Of a stretch of 23,550 nt of DNA, positions 1-5,828 are shown in pieces. Below the pieces are notes generated by a model. It saw only the letters and a program-made list of their open reading frames with translations. It was not told the DNA's origin and searched no databases. A program made the translations under genes and the position numbers. The stretch spans positions 1 through 23,550 of IMG/VR virus record IMGVR_UViG_3300028025_003977; one strand, given 5' to 3'. Each line of letters starts with the position of its first letter. Position 1 is the first letter of the stretch. Source of the DNA: a virus.

Positions 1-56
1 CTATAGCTGCAGATCCAAAATATAAAATTGCATTCACATTTTATAGGATTATATAT

Positions 57-74
57 ATGTGACCTACATCACAT
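57..74. promoter_or_regulatory. CRP/GlxR-type palindromic binding site
   Basis: ATGTGA-CCTACA-TCACAT is an exact match to the CRP-family consensus TGTGA-N6-TCACA, about 70 bp upstream of the TATAAT at 145-150. Confidence 0.55.
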
Positions 75-80
75 TAATAT

Positions 81-124
81 ATAACGTTTAGGTAACAAAT
101 AGATAACGTTTGTATAACAATAAT
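81..124 (+). repeat. Four degenerate direct repeats with 11-bp period (RTAAC core)
   Basis: ATAACGTTTAG / GTAACAAATAG / ATAACGTTTGT / ATAACAATAAT starting at 81, 92, 103 and 114. Confidence 0.7.
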
Positions 125-141
125 ATGTTGGATCCAATCTA

Positions 142-150
142 GGGTATAAT
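142..150 (+). promoter_or_regulatory. -10 promoter element for hsp20
   Basis: GGGTATAAT with TATAAT at 145-150; the leader hairpin begins 8 nt downstream. Confidence 0.6.
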
Positions 151-157
151 ATTTATA

Positions 158-209
158 CGCATTGCCATTTGGGATGCGAATTTAACTCGCTTAAAAGGAG
201 CAAAATATG
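158..209 (+). ncRNA. ROSE-like RNA thermometer in the hsp20 5' UTR
   Basis: 5' hairpin CGCAT...ATGCG (158-178), then CUCGCU-UAAA-AGGAG (186-200), which pairs the SD with a bulged G189. This is the U(U/C)GCU:AGGA hallmark of ROSE elements, and it sits upstream of an sHsp gene. Confidence 0.65.
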
Positions 210-611
210 AATACATTAACCTGGACAAATGATCCACTGTTTATCGGATGGGAAAAGATGTTTAATCAACTATCTGATGTACATAAACTAAATAACGGAG
301 GATTTCCTCCATATAACGTGCTAGAGCTAGAGGAAGATAAATATCTAATTGAACTAGCAGTAGCAGGATACAAAAAATCGGAACTAGATATTACTGAAGA
401 AAATAGAAATCTAACTATTAAGGGTGAAAAGTCTGATTCTGAAGAAAAATATGTTCATAAGGGAATTGCTGGAAGAAAGTTTACAAAGACTTTTTCACTA
501 GCAGAACACATGGAAGTATCTGATGCAAAACTAAATGATGGTATTTTATCCATTACAATTACAAGGAACATCCCTGAAGAGAAAAAGCCAAAAGCTATCT
601 CTATCAAGTAG
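207..611 (+). CDS. hsp20: Small heat shock protein, Hsp20/IbpA family
   Basis: Alpha-crystallin motifs FPPYNV, IELAVAG, YVHKGIAGRKF, A-x-L-x-DGIL and a C-terminal PEEKKPKAISIK (IxI); SD AGGAG at 196-200. Confidence 0.95.
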   Translation: MNTLTWTNDPLFIGWEKMFNQLSDVHKLNNGGFPPYNVLELEEDKYLIELAVAGYKKSELDITEENRNLTIKGEKSDSEEKYVHKGIAGRKFTKTFSLAEHMEVSDAKLNDGILSITITRNIPEEKKPKAISIK

Positions 612-644
612 CTAAAAGCTATAGGTTTACCTTGGGATGGGTAA

Positions 645-674
645 GTGTCCTGAGCAAAGACATAAAACTGCTCA
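645..674 (+). ncRNA. Compact H-type pseudoknot downstream of hsp20
   Basis: S1 GUGUC(645-649)/GACAU(659-663), S2 UGAGCA(651-656)/UGCUCA(669-674), loops C, AA and AAAAC; preceded by hairpin UUACCU/GGGUAA (627-644). Confidence 0.55.
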
Positions 675-675
675 T

Positions 676-975
676 CTATACTATAAAATCTGGGTGTGTT
701 TGTTCAGCATGACAATTAGCACATAGAACATCACACTTATCTATTTCAGCTAATATTACCTTAAAGCTATAACCTGAAGAATACTTCATCAAATCAGTTG
801 GGTTAACAACTCTACCTGTTCTAGTTCTATATTTGTCTGCAGGATCTTTATGAGCAAACTGCAAGACTGCAGGATTCTTATTGTAACCACATACTAGACA
901 ACCTTTAGATAGCTTAAAGTTGTTTAAGTACTTTCTTTGAGCATCTCTTTTCTCAGGATTAACTGGCATACCCAT
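676..975 (-). CDS. HNH endonuclease (Zn-binding, free-standing)
   Basis: CxxCG...LQFAHKDP...EIDKCDVLCANCH pattern typical of small phage HNH proteins. Confidence 0.8.
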   Translation of the reverse strand: MGMPVNPEKRDAQRKYLNNFKLSKGCLVCGYNKNPAVLQFAHKDPADKYRTRTGRVVNPTDLMKYSSGYSFKVILAEIDKCDVLCANCHAEQTHPDFIV

Positions 976-978
976 ATT

Positions 979-1224
979 TTATTTTTCGGGGGATGTGGAA
1001 GACTTTTCTTCTGATTCAAAATCTGGTACATTCAATGCAGGTAGAGGTGACATAATATTACCTTGACGATGTAATTCCATAAGCTTTAATACATCTTCAC
1101 CTTTATCTTGACTATCTGCAATTAGTACCAGGAGATCATAAATTCTACCTAACATGATATATAGGATAGTTCCTAGATTATCATTCATATTCTTTACTTC
1201 TGTGTCAATTTGTTCTTCTGACAT
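979..1224 (-). CDS. Hypothetical protein
   Basis: 81-aa ORF with SD AAAGGA (1236-1231) and an upstream TGCTATAAT promoter; ends 3 nt before the HNH start. Confidence 0.75.
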   Translation of the reverse strand: MSEEQIDTEVKNMNDNLGTILYIMLGRIYDLLVLIADSQDKGEDVLKLMELHRQGNIMSPLPALNVPDFESEEKSSTSPEK

Positions 1225-1250
1225 ATATAATCCTTTGTTCGTAGTTACCT

Positions 1251-1259
1251 ATTATAGCA
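1251..1259 (-). promoter_or_regulatory. Extended -10 promoter TGCTATAAT (leftward)
   Basis: Reverse complement of attatagca is TGnTATAAT, upstream of 1224..979. Confidence 0.7.
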
Positions 1260-1349
1260 ACTCTTTTTATCTTGTGTCAAGTTATATAGGGAGTTGGTGT
1301 TTTGTTCTCTTTTCGCCGAACGCCACCGCCGAAATTTTATTTTTTTTTG

Positions 1350-1358
1350 CTGTATAAT
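1350..1358 (+). promoter_or_regulatory. -10 promoter (rightward) for the holin operon
   Basis: CTGTATAAT after a poly-T tract; divergent from the 1251-1259 promoter. Confidence 0.55.
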
Positions 1359-1399
1359 GATAAGTACAATCCCAAACGGGAATAACATTGGAGAAATAT

Positions 1400-1741
1400 A
1401 TGTCAAAGTCACAGATGGCAATGCTACAGTCATACGGAAGAGCATTCCTGGCAGCAGCAATTGCATTGTACTTAGCAGGTGTTACTGAATGGCAGAGTTA
1501 TTTATCTGCTCTAGTCGCAGCATTTGCACCAGTAGCAATTCGCTACATGAATAAGAACGATATTGCATTCGGTAAGGGTGCAACCCCAGAATCACTAGCC
1601 AAGCAAGCAGTTGATATTGCAGAAATGGTAGTAAAGCAAGCCCCAAAAGCAAAAACTGCAAGTGCACCAGCTGCACCTGCAAAAAAGGCAACTAAGGCAC
1701 CTGCTAAAAAATCTACAGCAAAGAAGACTACTTCAAAGTAG
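1400..1741 (+). CDS. Putative holin with a Lys/Ala/Pro-rich C-terminal tail
   Basis: Start moved to ATG 1400 (SD GGAG 1390-1393). Two hydrophobic segments (AFLAAAIALYLAGV; YLSALVAAFAPVAIRY) followed by N-x-ND-x-AFG, then a PAKK-like basic tail. Confidence 0.6.
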   Translation: MSKSQMAMLQSYGRAFLAAAIALYLAGVTEWQSYLSALVAAFAPVAIRYMNKNDIAFGKGATPESLAKQAVDIAEMVVKQAPKAKTASAPAAPAKKATKAPAKKSTAKKTTSK

Positions 1742-1763
1742 TCTTTGTGGAAGTGTATAGACA

Positions 1764-2063
1764 ATGACTCCAAATGAATGGTTAATGACCATTGCTGCAA
1801 CAATAACTGCAATTGGAGTTATTGGTGTTGGACTATATAAAGTTACAAAACTTGTAAAAAGATTTATACACTTCCTAGATGATTACTTTGGTGAAGAACC
1901 AAGACCAGGATTTGATGGTCGTCCTGGAATGCAAGAAAGACTAAGATTTATGGAAGAAGAAATTGCTTGCATATCCTTTGAAATGAGACCAAACCATGGT
2001 ACATCTATTAAAGATGCCGTTGGTCGTATTGAAGAGCGTTTAGATAAACTAGAACGCAACTAA
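1764..2063 (+). CDS. Membrane-anchored protein with coiled-coil C-terminus (actinophage post-holin type)
   Basis: Single N-terminal TM helix; RPGMQERL...PNHGTSIKDAVGRIE resembles proteins encoded next to holins in actinophages. Confidence 0.6.
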   Translation: MTPNEWLMTIAATITAIGVIGVGLYKVTKLVKRFIHFLDDYFGEEPRPGFDGRPGMQERLRFMEEEIACISFEMRPNHGTSIKDAVGRIEERLDKLERN

Positions 2064-2077
2064 CAGAAAGTAAAGTC

Positions 2078-3019
2078 TTGAAGTTTGGTTTTAATAATTG
2101 CGATGGCAATATCAAGACTGGGTATGGCTATGCCACACATAAGATAATTACCAATATTGGTAAAACAGATCACAGTCTTTTAATTGAACGAGAAAACCCA
2201 GTTGAGGTTACTTTTAGCCATCCCCAATTTTATAAATTTCATGGAAAAGATTCCTACAAAATTGGATACACAGCTTGGGAGTCTACTGAGCTTCAGCCAA
2301 TGTGGGAAGAATACATATCCCATCTTGATGAAATGTGGGTACCTAATCAATTCTGCAAAGAGATATTTAGTAAGTTTACAGATAAAGAAATTTATGTGTT
2401 TCCCCATGGCATTGATGATACCTGGGCTCCTATTGAAAGAAAAGTAGATGACAAAATAAAATTTCTTCATATGGGTCATCCCGCTTACAGAAAAAATTTA
2501 CCAGAAACAATTAATACATTTCTTGAACTATACGCTGGAAGAAAAGATGTGGAGTTAACTGTAAAAGCCTATTCTGCATGTGAGTTTGAAATTAATGAGC
2601 CAAACATTAATGTTGTTGTAGATACCGTTACCTATTCAGAACTTGCTAGCTTTGTTGGTAAGCACCACGCATTACTTTATCCTTCTTGGGGAGAAGGCTT
2701 TGGTCTTATGCCACTACAAGCACTAGCCACAGGTATGCCAGTAGTTATGACAGATGGATGGTGCGACTACAAGCGTCACTGCCCAGAACTAATTATTAAT
2801 TCTGAACTTGTATATAATCCTTGGCAGCTCATACATCCTGGAAAAATGTTTAGACCTGACCTAAATCATTTTGCCACTCTTATGCAACACACTGAAAAAA
2901 ATATTGAAAGCATATTAGAGCTTCAGTCTAAAAGAGCACTAGAAGTTCACAAAGAGTGGAAATGGGAAAAGGTAGTAAGGGACCATTTAGATTCTGTTGA
3001 AGCTCGTTTAATGCTATAA
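2078..3019 (+). CDS. Glycosyltransferase, GT-B fold (GT4 / Glycos_transf_1-like)
   Basis: YTAWES, DEMWVP, FPHGID, RKN and YPSWGEGFGLMPLQALATGMPVV motifs; TTG start. Confidence 0.9.
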   Translation: MKFGFNNCDGNIKTGYGYATHKIITNIGKTDHSLLIERENPVEVTFSHPQFYKFHGKDSYKIGYTAWESTELQPMWEEYISHLDEMWVPNQFCKEIFSKFTDKEIYVFPHGIDDTWAPIERKVDDKIKFLHMGHPAYRKNLPETINTFLELYAGRKDVELTVKAYSACEFEINEPNINVVVDTVTYSELASFVGKHHALLYPSWGEGFGLMPLQALATGMPVVMTDGWCDYKRHCPELIINSELVYNPWQLIHPGKMFRPDLNHFATLMQHTEKNIESILELQSKRALEVHKEWKWEKVVRDHLDSVEARLML

Positions 3020-3020
3020 T
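3012..3020 (+). promoter_or_regulatory. Extended -10 promoter giving a leaderless mRNA
   Basis: TGCTATAAT, 6-nt spacer CGTGGT, ATG 3027; no SD. Overlaps the GT stop codon. Confidence 0.7.
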
Positions 3021-3026
3021 CGTGGT

Positions 3027-3488
3027 ATGCCAGATATCACATCCATTATAGTAGAAGAAGATAATCTTCTTGCATCCCTAATTTTAGCTCCAGTAATTAA
3101 TGATGGAATTAGCACTATTGGATCAACAACGACATATGATTTTGAAACTGGTCAGGCTAATGTGGTGGCATCTCAAGAAAACTTTAATGTTGAGTTATCT
3201 GTAGTTGAGGCTATTAGTGCTGTAACTTCGGTTAATGGAAAAACTGGAGTGGTGGTAATTGACTATCCAGATATTGGCTCAAATCCAGTAAATCATGTTA
3301 GACATGTCCACACCCAAACCTCTATTTCTAATGAATGGACAATTAACCATAATTTAAACTTTTATCCAAATGTCACTGTCCTAGACAATTCAAGTAGAAT
3401 TCTTGAAACTGACTTAGTGTATTTGAACAGTAATACTGTTAAAATTGTAATGAACAGTGCTTCAAGCGGTACAGCGTATCTAACTTAG
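3027..3488 (+). CDS. Putative virion (tail fibre-associated) protein
   Basis: VTSVNGKTG motif and a C-terminal WTINHNLNFYPNVTV beta domain seen in phage fibre proteins. Confidence 0.6.
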   Translation: MPDITSIIVEEDNLLASLILAPVINDGISTIGSTTTYDFETGQANVVASQENFNVELSVVEAISAVTSVNGKTGVVVIDYPDIGSNPVNHVRHVHTQTSISNEWTINHNLNFYPNVTVLDNSSRILETDLVYLNSNTVKIVMNSASSGTAYLT

Positions 3489-3520
3489 CCCTGTTACTTC
3501 AATAGGGAAAACTGATTATC

Positions 3521-5071
3521 ATGGCATCAAGACTGTTTACAGTTGATTTAGACCTTGGATTAAACAAGGCAAAAAGATTTATCTTTGAGGATTTTTCAAC
3601 AAATCCAAACTCCGACCTAACTTCTGGTCGTATTATTTACTTTACTGGCTCAGGTGGTGATCAGAATCATCTAAGACTTTACAATGGAACTGCATGGAAG
3701 ACAATCGCTTATACCGATGACGTTCCAACAATTTCTATTTCTCTAGATGCCCCAGACCTATTTACAGTATCAGGATCTCCTGCTAACGCTTCAGGAACAC
3801 TAGCATTTGAATGGAACACAGCAGCAGTTAACACTGTTCTTGCTGGTCCAGGATCTGGCTCAACAGCAGCTATTCCAACATTTAGATCACTTGTAGCAGC
3901 AGACATTCCAAGTATCACATCAGGAAAGATTTCAGACTTTAGTGAAGCAGTAGCAGATACTATTGGTGCAATGGTTACAAGCAATACCGAAAATGGAATT
4001 TCTGTAACTTACCAAGATGACGATAACACACTTGACTTTGACGTAGCAGACTTTACAATTACTCTTACTGGAGATGTAACTGGTAGCGGAACTGTAACAA
4101 ATCTTGGAAACGTAAGCTTTGAGGCAACAGTTGGAAATGATACCCATAGCCATGCTTCTACAACAATTTCAGATTTTAATGAAGCTGTTGATGATCGTGC
4201 TGCTAACCTAATAACAACCGCAACGCATTCTGGAATTTCCGTAGCTTACACAGATAATGCAGAAGGTTCTGGAACACTAGCATTTACTAATACTGGTGTA
4301 ACAGAAATTGTTGCAGGAACAGGAATAACAATTGATCAGGCTACTGGCGATGTAACAATTACAAACGCAGACAAGGGTTCTGATCAAAATATCTTTAAAA
4401 CAATTGCGGTATCTGGTCAAGATAGCGTTGTTGCAGACTCTAACACTGACACATTAACAATTGCTGGAAGTACTGGATTAACAGTAACTACAAATGCAGG
4501 AACAGACACCATTACCCTAACTAACTCTGGTGTAACAAGTATTGCTGGAACTGCCAATGAAATTGAAGTGTCAGCTGGTACTGGATCTGGTCCATACACA
4601 GGAGCTATCACAGTAGGGCTTCCTGACAACGTAACAATTGCTGGAAAACTTACTGTAACTGGTGATTTGCAGGTTGATGGAACAACAACAACTCTTAACA
4701 CAGAAACTCTTGCTGTAGAAGACAACATTGTTCTTCTTAACAAGAATGTTACTGGTTCCCCATCTGTCAATGCAGGTCTAGAAGTAGAGCGTGGAACTTC
4801 TGACAATGCATCCATTACTTGGAATGAAGGAACAGATAAATGGACAGCAGGTATTACTGGATCAGAAATTGCAATTGCTAGAAAGTATGTTACAACAACA
4901 ACTGGAACAACACATACCATTACACATGGTCTTGCAACTTCAGACGTAACAGTGCAATGCTGGCTTGCAGGTGCTCAGGTAGATGCTGCAATTGTAGTTA
5001 CAGATGCAAACACCGTAACAGTAACAACAAATAGTTCGATTACAGATCTTAAGACGGTAGTTGTTGGCTAA
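3521..5071 (+). CDS. Tail fibre-like structural protein
   Basis: Thr/Gly/Ser-rich 516 aa with internal repeats; LTVTGDLQVDGTTTTLNT...EDNIVLLN...GLEVERG block; C-terminal HTITHGL domain. Confidence 0.7.
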   Translation: MASRLFTVDLDLGLNKAKRFIFEDFSTNPNSDLTSGRIIYFTGSGGDQNHLRLYNGTAWKTIAYTDDVPTISISLDAPDLFTVSGSPANASGTLAFEWNTAAVNTVLAGPGSGSTAAIPTFRSLVAADIPSITSGKISDFSEAVADTIGAMVTSNTENGISVTYQDDDNTLDFDVADFTITLTGDVTGSGTVTNLGNVSFEATVGNDTHSHASTTISDFNEAVDDRAANLITTATHSGISVAYTDNAEGSGTLAFTNTGVTEIVAGTGITIDQATGDVTITNADKGSDQNIFKTIAVSGQDSVVADSNTDTLTIAGSTGLTVTTNAGTDTITLTNSGVTSIAGTANEIEVSAGTGSGPYTGAITVGLPDNVTIAGKLTVTGDLQVDGTTTTLNTETLAVEDNIVLLNKNVTGSPSVNAGLEVERGTSDNASITWNEGTDKWTAGITGSEIAIARKYVTTTTGTTHTITHGLATSDVTVQCWLAGAQVDAAIVVTDANTVTVTTNSSITDLKTVVVG

Positions 5072-5412
5072 TGCTTCCAGGCTTTAAATCATTCAAGATT
5101 TATCGTGGAGATACCTTTGCTTTTCAAATGACATTGAAAACTGGATCGACAACTTTCTTAAATATTACTAGTTCAACTTTTATTGCTCAGATAAAAGAAA
5201 AAGGTAAGACTACAGTAGCTGCAACACTTACAGTTACAAAAGAAAGTTTGCTTGGTGGAGTTATCAAAGTTACTTTGCCTTCAACTGAATCTGCAAATCT
5301 AGTTCCAAATAAAAGTTATGTTTATGATGTTGAAATGACAAATGGAACTAATAAGACTACAATTTTAACTGGTCCAATTTTAGTTACTGCAGATGTTTCG
5401 TCTGCTTCCTAA
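5071..5412 (+). CDS. Small beta-rich virion protein (BppU N-terminal-like, YRGDT type)
   Basis: IYRGDTF...F-x-AQIK...YVYDVEM...TILTG pattern; TAATG overlap with the fibre gene. Confidence 0.6.
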   Translation: MLPGFKSFKIYRGDTFAFQMTLKTGSTTFLNITSSTFIAQIKEKGKTTVAATLTVTKESLLGGVIKVTLPSTESANLVPNKSYVYDVEMTNGTNKTTILTGPILVTADVSSAS

Positions 5413-5459
5413 TATATAATTATATAATTAATATAAATTATATTATTAATATAATAATA
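5410..5459. repeat. 50-bp A/T-only tract with overlapping palindromes
   Basis: No G or C from 5410 to 5459; palindromes TATATAATTATATA (5413-5426) and AATTATATAATT (5418-5429), and inverted repeat TATTATT/AATAATA (5441-5459). Confidence 0.85.
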
Positions 5460-5491
5460 CTTTAAAACTATCTATATTATATAAATAACAA

Positions 5492-5719
5492 TTATACACT
5501 ACTTCCTAGTTCACTGACTAGAAATTTAATCTTTTTTACTAAATCGTTACCTAAATGTAATATTGTATTACAAGCTATGCACTTAAATACTGGTTCCTCT
5601 GATTCTGTAAACCAAGGAAGCATATACATATGATCTGGATTTCCTGGACATTTAATTTCTGGAACTACTTTAGCTGATTGTAATTTATTATAAACATGTA
5701 ATTCTTGTATTGTTATCAT
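5492..5719 (-). CDS. Small putative Zn-binding protein
   Basis: C-x5-H ... CxxC pattern; leaderless promoter TGATAAGAT 6 nt upstream of the ATG. Confidence 0.7.
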   Translation of the reverse strand: MITIQELHVYNKLQSAKVVPEIKCPGNPDHMYMLPWFTESEEPVFKCIACNTILHLGNDLVKKIKFLVSELGSSV

Positions 5720-5725
5720 GACTTA

Positions 5726-5734
5726 ATCTTATCA
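5726..5734 (-). promoter_or_regulatory. Extended -10 promoter, leaderless (leftward)
   Basis: Minus strand reads TGATAAGAT-TAAGTC-ATG. Confidence 0.6.
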
Positions 5735-5766
5735 CACACCCTGATTTTGGAACTGTGACCAATATG

Positions 5767-5775
5767 GTGTAGAAT
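5767..5775 (+). promoter_or_regulatory. -10 promoter for nrdJ
   Basis: GTGTAGAAT followed by a small 5' hairpin TCGCT-ATTC-AGCGA (5784-5797). Confidence 0.5.
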
Positions 5776-5828
5776 AGAGGTACTCGCTATTCAGCGAATC
5801 AAATATTTTTTAAACGGAGATGATTTTA

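Noticed and set aside
21-45. Inverted repeat TATAAAAT-N9-ATTTTATA upstream of hsp20 as a CIRCE or HAIR heat-shock operator
   Set aside because: The 9-nt spacer matches CIRCE, but the arms match neither TTAGCACTC nor CTTGAGT; AT-only arms arise easily by chance here.
1400-1423. Lambda S-like dual-start (holin/antiholin) motif from Met1-Ser-Lys...Met6/Met8
   Set aside because: No second SD or structure supports the downstream starts.
1154-1488. ORFs 1154..1357, 1245..1466 and 1294..1488
   Set aside because: They cross the divergent promoter region and poly-T tract, lack SDs and overlap better-supported genes.
4417-4920. 167-aa minus-strand ORF, plus 3709..3984 and 3932..4153
   Set aside because: Antisense shadows of the Thr-rich fibre gene; Val-rich composition follows from ACN codons.
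5736-5772. Possible NrdR boxes upstream of nrdJ (CCTGATTTTG, CAATATGGTG)
   Set aside because: Each misses a core position of the NrdR consensus and has poor flanks; not supportable without a matrix scan.
5776-5828. Cobalamin riboswitch ahead of nrdJ
   Set aside because: The leader is only about 50 nt with one 5-bp hairpin and no B12-box.
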